Source of the DNA: an uncultured virus (IMG/VR IMGVR_UViG_3300009128_001768)
Taxonomy: Duplodnaviria > Heunggongvirae > Uroviricota > Caudoviricetes
Length of the DNA: 64,000 nucleotides
Reading direction: 5' to 3' (one strand)
IMG/VR virus record: IMGVR_UViG_3300009128_001768
Coordinates: 1-64,000 of that record
In this document: piece after piece, positions 1-9,700 of the stretch
Layout of the letters: every line of letters begins with the position of its first letter
How positions within the stretch are numbered: the first letter of the stretch is position 1
Translations under genes and position numbers: made by a program
Notes under the pieces: generated by a model
Database searches by the model: none
What the model was told of the DNA's origin: nothing
Seen by the model: only the letters and a program-made list of their open reading frames with translations

Positions 1-665
1 CAATGTGATTTTCCAACACCGGTATTTGCAGTAACAACGCCAATTTCTCCTCTTCCCAAGCCGCCGTTCAATATATCTTTCGAGTCTAGCTCATAAATCC
101 CTGTTGGGCAAACACATCGATTAATCTTTTGAAATCTAGCTTCCATATCTTCAAAAAAATCATGACCTACAGTGTTTGGAAGACCAATTGACACCGCATT
201 CTTCATTAGCGTAATTACGCTCTCGAACTCACCTGTAGAAATCAAATTAACCGACTCTTCAAGAGCCTCTTTAAACGCTTGCCTTTTACAAAAGTCAAGA
301 GACTTTTCTTTAACATATGCAAGATCATTTGGGTTGGGATTTTCCTTCATTCTCACAAGGTAAGAAACAATTTGATCCCGTAGCAAGACATCACCTTCCT
401 CATTCAGCGCATCTTTGATAATGCTTATAAGAAGGAGCTGCGTCGGAAAACATCTGTACTCTGAAAAATACGCAAAGTACTTCTCACAAAGGTACTCAAG
501 GTACCTGAGCTCAAAAAAATCTGGTCGCATAATCTCGACCATCTGTACTGCCCATTGTTTGTCTGATAGTAGCCCTTGCAAAATTTTCTCTTGAAAATTC
601 TTGTTGTATTGGGAGAATTGACCCGGTTGGACCGAGTCAAGCAATGCAAAAGCTGGTGATGTCAT
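1..665 (-). CDS. dnaB: DnaB/gp41-like replicative helicase (5' part; truncated by the window edge)
   Basis: Not in the ORF track. Manual translation from ATG 665 is open to the window edge: MTSPAF...GHDFFED...PTGIYELD...LNGGLGRGEIGVVTANTGVGKSH. This is the SF4 helicase Walker A context. It lies next to recA, ssb and the 5'-3' exonuclease. Confidence 0.9.
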   Translation of the reverse strand, partial: MTSPAFALLDSVQPGQFSQYNKNFQEKILQGLLSDKQWAVQMVEIMRPDFFELRYLEYLCEKYFAYFSEYRCFPTQLLLISIIKDALNEEGDVLLRDQIVSYLVRMKENPNPNDLAYVKEKSLDFCKRQAFKEALEESVNLISTGEFESVITLMKNAVSIGLPNTVGHDFFEDMEARFQKINRCVCPTGIYELDSKDILNGGLGRGEIGVVTANTGVGKSH

Positions 666-674
666 AATTTTTTC

Positions 675-1625
675 CTAATTTAATGCTTTAAAAGTCATAA
701 AAAGTCTATCTGTATCGAAATTTTTTATACACAGCTGAATTAAGCAACGCATGAAACCCAATTTGTCCCTTTTCCCAGCTTGCATCGAAATAATGTCGTC
801 TATTTTTTGAACTTGAGTGCCGGAGAGGTTTCCGCTTCCGAGGTACATGAGTTTCCAATTTTTTTTGACAATTTCTTGATCAGACACGATATTATCATAA
901 AGCTTTAACCTCTTTTGTTCCCGCCGTTCTCGACATAAGCTAAGTATAACTTCAACACTCACAAATGAAGAAGATTTAAGCTCGGGAAAGCGCTTTGCCA
1001 TGGCTTTAAACCCAGCGCCACGTACACCTTTTAACCCATCTGAGCCGTCACCAATAAAACAACGAGCAACACAAAAATTTTCAGGATGAATACCAAATTT
1101 CTCTAAAATTACACGTGGGTCGAGCTCTGCTTTTTGACCAGGGGACCATTGTTTTACTCTGGGTGAGATCAATTGATAAAGGTCTTTATCTGTCGATACG
1201 ATTACACATTTTTCATTTTTAAAATTAACATTCACTAACCTTGCGATTATATCATCTGCTTCGCAATCGGAAACGTAAAATTGCGAAACAGGAGTATGTC
1301 GTAAGATTTTAACAAGCTTTGAAAGTTGCTCATTTCGATTTGAAACAGTGTCTGGAATATCTTCAGAATAGAACCTGTTTAATTTTTCCGGACGGCGGCC
1401 CGCTTTATAATTGGGATCGATCGCCCTGCGGCGGGGGGAGCCGCCGCCTTCCCAAACAACAATAACACGGGTTGGGTTATACCTCTCAAGCAAAAGCTGC
1501 AGGCCTTTCAAAAAACCCACAATACCCCCAACTGGATCCCCGTTTTCGCTTAGCGAAGGATTTGCTACAAAGTGTCTAAAAAAACAATTTAACCCATCGA
1601 CTATTAGTATAGGTCTATCATACAT
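675..1625 (-). CDS. 5'-3' exonuclease / flap endonuclease (T4 RNase H-like, PIN fold)
   Basis: Motifs ILIVDGLN, YKAGR, EADDII, STDKDLYQL and GDGSDGLKGVRGAGFK (helix-hairpin-helix). Confidence 0.92.
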   Translation of the reverse strand: MYDRPILIVDGLNCFFRHFVANPSLSENGDPVGGIVGFLKGLQLLLERYNPTRVIVVWEGGGSPRRRAIDPNYKAGRRPEKLNRFYSEDIPDTVSNRNEQLSKLVKILRHTPVSQFYVSDCEADDIIARLVNVNFKNEKCVIVSTDKDLYQLISPRVKQWSPGQKAELDPRVILEKFGIHPENFCVARCFIGDGSDGLKGVRGAGFKAMAKRFPELKSSSFVSVEVILSLCRERREQKRLKLYDNIVSDQEIVKKNWKLMYLGSGNLSGTQVQKIDDIISMQAGKRDKLGFMRCLIQLCIKNFDTDRLFMTFKALN

Positions 1626-2808
1626 CTAAATCTGGCATGTCTTCAAGGTTTAGCTCCATCACGGCAGAGCGAACCTCTTCATACGATTCAGTGTCTAGCT
1701 CGGCAGCATTGGGGTCTTCTAGTTTTCGAATCATACAAAGCTCAAGCAAAGCATCAATATACTTTCGATATTGCGGGTCTTTCCACACATCATTGAAATC
1801 CGCTTTATAAAACTTCTTTTCCACCAAAATTTCCCCGGTGGAAACGTCTGCGACTGTGAGGTTTTTCCAAGCGGATGTCCCCTTAATACAAATTTCATTT
1901 CCGTCTACAATACCTGCCCCGAATTTTCGTAATTCATCAAAAACTTGCTCATGTTCTTGAATTCCTTTCCCAAAATGAATCTCGAAATTACAAGTACGAA
2001 ATGGAGCAGCGACTTTATTCTTGATTGTCTTTGCAGAAACGTGAATCCCGACAACTTCTTTATTCTTGTTTTCAATCTTTTGGCCGGCACCAAGCTTAAT
2101 ACGTACGGAGGAATGAAATGGAATCGCTTTTCCTCCCGGCGTAACTGTTGGATCACCATACATCACACCGATCTTAGTTCGAATCTGATTTAGAATAACA
2201 AACAAAACATTTTGATTACCGATTACACCTGTAATTTTTCGCATCCCTTTAGAAATAGCTCTTGCCTGCAGGCCAATCGAGTTTTGGTCATAATCTCCTA
2301 CCAATTCAGCCTTTGGTGACGAAGCAGCGACTGAATCCCAGACGATCGTAATCGGAACATCCTTATCCATCGCCTTTGCTTTCATAATTGTAGCCTCTGC
2401 AATCGATAATACTTCTTCAGTACAGTGAGTGTCAACATACACAAAACGCTTAGTGATATCAACACCCAGAAGACTGAGATTTTCTACAGAAGTAGCATTT
2501 TCTGTGTCGATATAAACAACAATTCCACCCATCTCTTGGGTGGAACGAGCAATCTGAATTGCAATATGAGACTTGCCAATCGAGGGCGGTCCAAATATTT
2601 CCACAATTCGACCCTCTGGTAATCCACCATTGGGTCTATTAGAGATAATATAATCTAATTGTTTAGAACCTGTACCGATCCAGCGTTTCACGTGTGTAGG
2701 AGATTCATCTTGTGATAAATTGTATGCAACACGAGAGCCGTGCTCCTTATTTAAAGACTTAATCAAGTCACTGGTGAAATCAACTTCTTCTTTTTTCTTT
2801 CTTGCCAT
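1618..2808 (-). CDS. recA: RecA/UvsX recombinase
   Basis: GGLPEGRIVEIFGPPSIGKS (Walker A), YIDTE, VWDSVAA, GLQAR, NQIRTKIGVMYGDP, PGGKAIPF. Confidence 0.96.
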   Translation of the reverse strand: MARKKKEEVDFTSDLIKSLNKEHGSRVAYNLSQDESPTHVKRWIGTGSKQLDYIISNRPNGGLPEGRIVEIFGPPSIGKSHIAIQIARSTQEMGGIVVYIDTENATSVENLSLLGVDITKRFVYVDTHCTEEVLSIAEATIMKAKAMDKDVPITIVWDSVAASSPKAELVGDYDQNSIGLQARAISKGMRKITGVIGNQNVLFVILNQIRTKIGVMYGDPTVTPGGKAIPFHSSVRIKLGAGQKIENKNKEVVGIHVSAKTIKNKVAAPFRTCNFEIHFGKGIQEHEQVFDELRKFGAGIVDGNEICIKGTSAWKNLTVADVSTGEILVEKKFYKADFNDVWKDPQYRKYIDALLELCMIRKLEDPNAAELDTESYEEVRSAVMELNLEDMPDLDV

Positions 2809-2826
2809 TTAGATCCCCGTGAAAAG

Positions 2827-2855
2827 ATTATAAAATCAATCCAATAATTTTTCAA
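2827..2855 (-). promoter_or_regulatory. sigma70-type promoter upstream of recA
   Basis: Minus strand TTGAAA-N17-TATAAT, with the -10 box ending 18 nt before the recA ATG. The -35 box overlaps the U-tract of the upstream terminator. Confidence 0.7.
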
Positions 2856-2885
2856 AAAAATGGGGACGAATTGCTTCGTCCCCAT
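2854..2885 (-). terminator. Rho-independent terminator after the SSB gene
   Basis: 11-bp stem ATGGGGACGAA/TTCGTCCCCAT with a GCAA loop on the minus strand, followed by a T-run. Confidence 0.85.
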
Positions 2886-2911
2886 GAAAAATAGTACTTT
2901 CGTCCTATAAA

Positions 2912-3706
2912 TCAAAAATCATCTTCTTCCAAATCAGCAAACGCATCGTCCAAACTCTTAAACTTCGATGCAACCTGATCACTTGAACCGCTCTTGCTCT
3001 GATTATTGTCAAACCCGCGAGATGTACCTGTCGACTCGGCTGCTTCAGTGTCGCCCTCATTTAGCCAATCGTTGACAATCTTAGAAAGCGCATCATAAGA
3101 CTTTGCTTCGTAAAGCTCATCAAGATTAGGGAGCGCTTCCGTCCATTCCTTCATCTGCTTTGCAGATGAAGCCAGCTTAGATTGCTTTCCACGGGGACGA
3201 ACTTCAGTCGTGGCATAAAGCCGACCGGGTTGCTTTGTACAAACGACCTTCACATCACGACCGTCTACTGGGTCCGTAATATCGCCATAGTCTTCATCGA
3301 GCATAACATTTAGCAATGACTGGTACACAGTCTTTCCAAATGCCCACAGACGAACGCCACGATCTTCTTCTCCTCGAACAATCACAGGAGCGTAGTACCG
3401 AGGCTTGGGATAAAGCTTCTTGCAAAGCTCATAAGACTCTTTCGTACCTTCATCGCGCAACGTTGTGATAAGCTCTTGAATCGGGTCGGGGTTTCCGAAT
3501 TGATAGGGAGCCAACAGACCCGGATTATTTCCGATGTTATAATAGAACCATCGTTCAGAAAAGGGAAGACCGTCTTCGTTGTCAAACGCCAACATACGAA
3601 CGATCGCTTCTTCTCCCTCTTGAGGTCGCCACATCGTATTGCGACGAGAATTATTGCCAGAAAGCTGGCCTAGCTTCTTGCGAAGCGCTTCAAAATCAAT
3701 TGCCAT
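2912..3706 (-). CDS. gp32-like single-stranded DNA-binding protein
   Basis: LWAFGKTVYQSLL, DYGDITDPVDGRD and an acidic C-terminal tail (DDAFADLEEDDF). Start moved to ATG 3706, which follows a GGAG Shine-Dalgarno. Confidence 0.85.
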   Translation of the reverse strand: MAIDFEALRKKLGQLSGNNSRRNTMWRPQEGEEAIVRMLAFDNEDGLPFSERWFYYNIGNNPGLLAPYQFGNPDPIQELITTLRDEGTKESYELCKKLYPKPRYYAPVIVRGEEDRGVRLWAFGKTVYQSLLNVMLDEDYGDITDPVDGRDVKVVCTKQPGRLYATTEVRPRGKQSKLASSAKQMKEWTEALPNLDELYEAKSYDALSKIVNDWLNEGDTEAAESTGTSRGFDNNQSKSGSSDQVASKFKSLDDAFADLEEDDF

Positions 3707-3775
3707 TTTTTTAATCTCCAATTTTTAATATGCAATATTCAAATTCCCACTACGGGTGTCCCTAAGGACAAGTAA

Positions 3776-3804
3776 AACTTAATAAACAAACTGTTAATGT
3801 TCAA
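3776..3804 (-). promoter_or_regulatory. sigma70-like promoter upstream of the SSB gene
   Basis: Minus strand TTGAAC-N17-TAAGTT in an AT-rich intergenic gap. Confidence 0.5.
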
Positions 3805-3806
3805 AT

Positions 3807-4100
3807 TTAATTCTTATTTTTTTTAGGCTTCGTATACGGTGCTGCGCCACCGAAACCGCTAGCATTTGCTTTCCACGCGGGTTTTCTTTTCTTCCGACGA
3901 CGACCTGTCGCTGGATATGATGGTCCAACACCAAGTGGCATTGCGGGACCAGGAACGCCTCCAGCAGAGGCTTCATCATGATGTCCTTCATCGTCGTCGT
4001 CATCTCGACCATCAATGAAATCAGGCTCACCAAGAATTTCAGCATCTTCTAGAAGAAACCTAATCAGGGTTCGCAGTCTTTCTTTTTGTTCATTAGCCAT
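3807..4100 (-). CDS. Small hypothetical protein, possible internal head protein
   Basis: 97 aa, fits the gap between neighbours. N-terminal amphipathic helix RLRTLIRFLLE, acidic middle, basic C-terminus. Preceded by the ATANTTA motif. Confidence 0.65.
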   Translation of the reverse strand: MANEQKERLRTLIRFLLEDAEILGEPDFIDGRDDDDDEGHHDEASAGGVPGPAMPLGVGPSYPATGRRRKKRKPAWKANASGFGGAAPYTKPKKNKN

Positions 4101-4114
4101 TAACCTTAATTATC

Positions 4115-4954
4115 TCAAGAAAAACGTAGTTGTGGTTCTACCTCAAAAAATTGTGGTTCTACTTTCTTTAGATTCTGCTGCAACCACTCGCACTCATTTT
4201 CAGCGGCATTTTGGGATGGTGTAGACTTCCACCAACATACTAAGTCAGGATTCCAGCGATATCGACGTGCTTTAAGCAGCGGATTTTCATCCCGTTGAGA
4301 ACCCACAGCAAACACATGATAATCAGACTCAACGGCGGCTGAAAGAAGTTCTTGCATCCTCCCAGCAGACCTTAACAAGTGTAATGTCGCGTCGATGTCG
4401 GCAATCGCATTATGGGAATCATAAAAAAACCCATGCCAAGCGCAGAGGACCTCCAGAGCCTTAGACGGTCGACAGACATTGTTCCAATTGACTTGTGACA
4501 GAGAGCAACACCAGATGGCATCTGGAGGAGGCTGATAGCCGTTCCTCTTAAGGTTCTTATCTATCCACTCACGATCAAAGCTAGCGTTATGCGCAATGAT
4601 AAATTGGCAAGAATTCAGAATTTTTGAGACTTTCTTCCAGTCAATCTCATGACCAGCAAGATCTTCATCAGAAAAACCAGTAATATCGCGAATTTCTTCG
4701 GGAAGAGGAAAACTCGGTTGCTGAAGAAACTCAATACATTTCTTAATGCCAGATATTTCACCTGTTTCAGGGTTCACAAAAAAAGGTCGTACAGCAATCT
4801 GGATTATTTCATTTTTATCCGAATTTAAGCCTGTCGTTTCTACGTCCAGAACGACTGCTGGGACATCTCCCTTGATCGGACCACGATCTGGTGGTTCAAG
4901 GCCCTTTAACCTGGTTAATACAACTAAATTATCACTGTTCTCAAGGTGTTTCAT
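4115..4954 (-). CDS. DEDDh 3'-5' exonuclease (DnaQ/epsilon-like)
   Basis: ExoI LDVETTGL, ExoII AHNASFDR, ExoIII HNAIADID. Confidence 0.92.
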   Translation of the reverse strand: MKHLENSDNLVVLTRLKGLEPPDRGPIKGDVPAVVLDVETTGLNSDKNEIIQIAVRPFFVNPETGEISGIKKCIEFLQQPSFPLPEEIRDITGFSDEDLAGHEIDWKKVSKILNSCQFIIAHNASFDREWIDKNLKRNGYQPPPDAIWCCSLSQVNWNNVCRPSKALEVLCAWHGFFYDSHNAIADIDATLHLLRSAGRMQELLSAAVESDYHVFAVGSQRDENPLLKARRYRWNPDLVCWWKSTPSQNAAENECEWLQQNLKKVEPQFFEVEPQLRFS

Positions 4955-4972
4955 TACTTTTCCTAACTAAAA

Positions 4973-5001
4973 ATATTAGTATTTTAGGAAATAATGTACA
5001 G
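4973..5001 (-). promoter_or_regulatory. possible sigma70-like promoter upstream of the DEDDh exonuclease
   Basis: Minus strand CTGTAC-N17-TAATAT. Confidence 0.4.
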
Positions 5002-5007
5002 GGTTAT

Positions 5008-5490
5008 TTACCGTGATTCCCAGCTCTTGGTTTTCGATAAATAAACCACAAGTCCGATTCCAGACAGTACCTTTATTTGGATTACCTCTTCAGGGACTAT
5101 CATTCTAGACTTCACAGCCCCAACAAGCGAATAATTCAAAAATTTCGCGGCTGTTCCAAGCTTCAATTCACCTTGGGCAACCTGAATACCTTTTAAGTCA
5201 TTTTTTGACTTAATTAACTTGGTGGCACCGAAAGCGCGCTGCATTGCTTCTGTCCCTGAAATCGCTTGCTTTATAATGCCTGACAAACCGTCGAAGTTAC
5301 CACGCTCTGAGCTGGTGACTTTAAGGTTTTTCATCAATTTCTTTGGATCACTTTCTGCCAATGCACCGGCTTCCATTGTAAGCTTACTCGGCCGGCCTCG
5401 AGCTCCAGAAACTACAACGTCACCCTTGGTATATTCTCTTTCTTCTAACAGAATCTTACGAATATGCTGTCGTAATTTTTCTTCGTTCAT
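5008..5490 (-). CDS. Hypothetical protein
   Basis: 160 aa ORF with a 4-nt (ATGA) overlap on the polA stop. N-terminal helix KLRQHIRKILLEE. Confidence 0.75.
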   Translation of the reverse strand: MNEEKLRQHIRKILLEEREYTKGDVVVSGARGRPSKLTMEAGALAESDPKKLMKNLKVTSSERGNFDGLSGIIKQAISGTEAMQRAFGATKLIKSKNDLKGIQVAQGELKLGTAAKFLNYSLVGAVKSRMIVPEEVIQIKVLSGIGLVVYLSKTKSWESR

Positions 5491-6689
5491 TTTAACCTCG
5501 TAAGTTTGAGGGGAAAGTGACCCATCTTCTCATCAGAAAATCCTTTAGCGACTATGTCTTGCAACTTGTCTTCCTGTCCGTTTGGCACATCCATAATTAG
5601 GGCATCATGAATAATAAAGACCGGCCTACACGAAGGAATATTTTCGACAATCTGGCAAAAACCCGCTAGAGCGACGTCAACAGCTGTTGATTGTAGAAAA
5701 TTATTGACTAAAATATTGCGACGAGTGTCGGTGACTTCGATAGGTCGACCATAAAAATTGGTAATATACCCGGATTGTGCTTGGTCATTCAACATTTTGA
5801 ATATCTCTTTTAAGCCAAAAAACGACTCGACCCTCTTGACCAGCATGTCAGCAGAAAATGTGCTTCCGTCTTTCTGCAAAACTGACCTCAACTTAGAGGT
5901 GCCTGCGCCGTAAAGCGAACACAGCACAGCTAGCTTCGCAGTGTCTCGCTGAATTTGAATATTAGATTTCTCTATAAAGAATTGGTATAGATCTGTTGGA
6001 CTCTTTTCCCCCGGTAGCAACTTCTCCCCAGCAGTGATATTAAACGCGACTCTTGGCTCTAGTGATGTAAAGTCGACTTCAAATAAAGACCCACCATCAA
6101 ACCTGCTTCTTAAAACTTCACGATATTCTTTTTTTAGAGTTAAAATTTGCGGACCAGTTTTAATTGTAAGACGTCCTGTTTTAGTAGAAACTCTGCTATA
6201 TTGTGGCGGTTCAATTATGGCGTTTTTGCTAGCTTTCAAAAAGCTAGTCAAAGCAGCAGAGGTAGTCATTTCCAGTTCGTGCTTAGCTTTGTCCATGTCG
6301 AGCTGACATGAGTATAGTTTATTTAAAATTCTGTTCGTTTCAATAAAAAAATTAGAATATTCATTATTCGCTATATTTTCTTCTGCGGCTGAAAGGGCAT
6401 TGATGAAGTTTTTAAACCTCTCCATAAATTTCCTTTTTGGCAATATATGAGCCCACGGAACACCCTTGTCGATCCCGCATGTTCGCATTGCTTGAATAAA
6501 TTCTGCTGGTATCAATTCTGGTAAAGTGATATCAAAAAGCTGGAACAGAGGCTCAGACGCATTGATTCTATCACCACAGCCATAAGTGAATGTTGCCGGA
6601 TATTCATCGGTGACCCAACATGCTTGGCCATCTTCAAGTAATAAGCTCTGTCCTGTTCCTATAGCATCTTTACAAACAAAAATAGACAT
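5487..6689 (-). CDS. polA: Short family A DNA polymerase (polymerase domain without recognisable exonuclease domains)
   Basis: TKTGRL, motif A DFTSLEPRV, motif B RDTAKLAVLCSLYG, NNFLQSTAVD, motif C IHDAL. Start moved from TTG 6725 to ATG 6689. Confidence 0.88.
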   Translation of the reverse strand: MSIFVCKDAIGTGQSLLLEDGQACWVTDEYPATFTYGCGDRINASEPLFQLFDITLPELIPAEFIQAMRTCGIDKGVPWAHILPKRKFMERFKNFINALSAAEENIANNEYSNFFIETNRILNKLYSCQLDMDKAKHELEMTTSAALTSFLKASKNAIIEPPQYSRVSTKTGRLTIKTGPQILTLKKEYREVLRSRFDGGSLFEVDFTSLEPRVAFNITAGEKLLPGEKSPTDLYQFFIEKSNIQIQRDTAKLAVLCSLYGAGTSKLRSVLQKDGSTFSADMLVKRVESFFGLKEIFKMLNDQAQSGYITNFYGRPIEVTDTRRNILVNNFLQSTAVDVALAGFCQIVENIPSCRPVFIIHDALIMDVPNGQEDKLQDIVAKGFSDEKMGHFPLKLTRLK

Positions 6690-6696
6690 TAGAGCA

Positions 6697-6725
6697 AAAT
6701 TAGAGCACACAAGTAGTATGTTCAA
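6697..6725 (-). promoter_or_regulatory. sigma70-like promoter for polA (probably giving a leaderless mRNA)
   Basis: Minus strand TTGAAC-N17-TAATTT, then 7 nt, then ATG 6689. No Shine-Dalgarno. Confidence 0.5.
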
Positions 6726-6731
6726 GAATTA

Positions 6732-9700
6732 TCACGATTCTTCTGTCTCTGTCATCGCAGTAAGAGCTTTTTCGATAGATTGGAACGTGCTGATATATTT
6801 TCCAAATGCGTCTACCTGTGTGCACTTAAGTTTCGTCTCAAACTTCCCTTGCGATATTGTGTGGCCTATCCCGCTTACAACATACACATTGTCGACAGAC
6901 GTGCCCGTTCCGAAATCTACAAAAAGATGCTGACCATATTCTATCACAGGACAACCAAGCGTTGTCATTGAAAGTGATGTTGGTGCCGTCTGTAGGGGGA
7001 GTCCCGCGTCTCTAGCGCCCTGGGCTGTTGTGCCCCCGCCAAGGCCGCCGCGTTGCATATTGACTGTTGCCAACTTTGAATTATTCATCGAAGAAAGATC
7101 AGCGGAAATAACCGCAGAATTTTGTGAGCCATAAATGATAGATGGCATCGATTTAGACACAAACGCTTTTAGCGCTCTAAAACCACCCTTAAGACGAAAA
7201 TAATTTCTTGCGAACTCTTCCGGATCTACGCTTGTAATCGCTCCATTCCCATCAACTGTTGCGCCGACTAGCTCAGGCACTGCCTCTAGAAGACCGGCGT
7301 CTAATGCTTGAGAAAGTAAATCGATAAACTCTGCCTCATGGTCTGCTTGTGCGGTTTCCTCTTCGGGGTCTGGCTCTCTAGCGGACTGAGATGCGGCAGA
7401 AGACAGCATTCCAAGAGAATTGCCCCGGGAGGCTAGCATCATTTTCCCCAGCGCGCTATATTTTGTCGCTTGGCTATCGAAAAGATGAATCCGTAAAATT
7501 GTCCCTTGCCTGCCCTGGCCGTCTTCAATACCCGTTCTCATAGGAACGGCTTCTATATGCATTGTGAGTCGTGGCATTTTAAATTCTTGGTCTGCAGACT
7601 CCCCGTACGCATCCTCTAAGCGCTTAACTTTTTCATTGTACAGCGCAGTAGCATCTTCAGAGATAGATTCTTTCATTTTCTGATTTCCCTCATCGTCTGT
7701 TTCATATAGCTTTGTCAAGCCATACGCAGCAGAGGCTTGATTATGAACAAATTCCTTGTTTAAGAAGCTTATAAAACGACCTAATGGAATATTTGCAGTA
7801 GTTTCAGTCATTTCTTTAAATTTCTTTGAAAACTCTTCGAATTTTATTGGAAATTCAGAAATATTTGTACCAGTCAGATATGAAGACTTGTCATTAAACG
7901 CATAAAAAACAAACTGTACCTCATCAAACCTATGTGTCGCAGCTAGAGGTTTTCCCACGAAATATAACAATAGAGCGCCAAGACTGATATACCGTTTATT
8001 TTGGCCATGAATATACACATACGTCGATGACCCGCCCATACCTGTGAATGTCCTTGGAAACGGATCGAGCCCTCGTCCCCGGAGCCTCTTTGCAATAGAT
8101 AATTTATTCTGTACGGCACCGGCGATTGTTGCCTTCGCATCTGCTACTACACCTGATTTTCCGTCACTGCCGAATAATGCTGTTAAATTATCTACCATTT
8201 CATCTGTCGCAGAGCCCTCTTCCGGATTTCTATTATTACCAAGAAATTTTGCTATAGCTTTTGACGTCTCTTCGTCAATCGTCAAAGCAGAACTGGTGTC
8301 TGATGCTGCACCCAAGAATGTCGAGCCACCGACATCTTCTGATGCACCGCTAGAGCTTCCCAATATCTGGCGTCTTAACACAGATATCGCTTCGGTGAGG
8401 TCTCTTATTGTTTCCATAATATCGTCAACACCCTCGCCCTTGCTGATATTCGTGGTATTAACCGCGCTTGATCCCTTCATCGATAATTTGAGCTTAATCT
8501 TAACCTGACCAACTTCGTCAAAGGAAAATGAGCTATTAACAATACCATATTTCTCTGATATCTTCAATGCGTTTAAAAAAGACCCAAAGAAATTACCAGA
8601 TAATCCAGCATCTGCACTGGCTGCTGAATCGTCTGGATGAGACCACCCATAAGTTATCATGAGCTCTGTTCTTCCATACAAGTCCGGCTTTACAAATTCA
8701 GCTATCTCAGACAATCTCGATCTGTCGTGCAGCGTTAACGATAGGTCAGCTGTCTTGTGAGACATCATCCCTTTAGACGGCGTAACAGTTATGTTAAAGT
8801 CATTAATCGACATGAACGGCCTTGTTCGATCAATGATCGGAGCTCCCCTGGTACCACCATAACTGGGTAATTTTTCTCCCGAATCGACTTCATCGTCTGT
8901 CGTTGCCTCGGGGTCAACCGTAAAATCATCATACGTTTCATTCATGGGAACCAGCGTTTGAGGAGCAGTGAATAATTCCATACCTGCAGTAGAAATTCCT
9001 GCCGCTACTTCTTCCAGCAGCTCCTCATCTCCGGATGCCATCGCAGCATCCTGAGTTTCGACAAAATCGCTAATCGCGTCCATGCTTGTCGCGGACTGAA
9101 GGTACTCATTCACCGAGTCTTCCTCTAGCTTCGCTTGACCTATTAAAAATTGCATTAACGATATTGTTTGAATTCTACCATCATCGCTTACAGGCTTATT
9201 TGGCGTTATTAGTGTTATATCAAGATAAGGAATACATCGAGAAAATTCTAATGTTGGAATTGCGTTCATAAAAAGTGCCACAGCACCAGTGTCTCGTTGC
9301 GCTGGGGTTAGTCGGACGGGGAAAACGCACGTTGCAGTAAGATTAGGGTCGGATTTTTGGGGCGAAGCAAAAACTTGGTTTAATATACTCCCACCAATCA
9401 TCTCCTTAATAGATACGCTTGAGGCAGGCATACCACTTATACCCATAGTCTCAAATGAGTCGGGCTCTCCTACAAACTTGTATAAAGAAGCTGCTATGTC
9501 TTGGTCAGCAGCATCGTCACCAGACAACATATCACCCAGTTCTTTAACGATGTCGTATTGAATAACACCGCCCTCTGTTGTGTTCATTAATAGACGGACC
9601 AGCTTCCGTAATGGATCATTGTCAGTAAATGAAGTAGTACCAAATTCAGCAAGATCTTCTTCTCCACCAAAAGCTAAAACAGAAATAAATTCTTCTTTCG

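Noticed and set aside
425..649. 74-aa minus-strand ORF in the track
   Set aside because: It lies out of frame inside the helicase gene that starts at 665.
3880..3905. NLS-like RRRKKRK in the 97-aa protein, suggesting a eukaryotic host
   Set aside because: Shine-Dalgarno sites, sigma70-like promoters and intrinsic terminators indicate a bacterial host; a basic patch is better explained by nucleic-acid binding.
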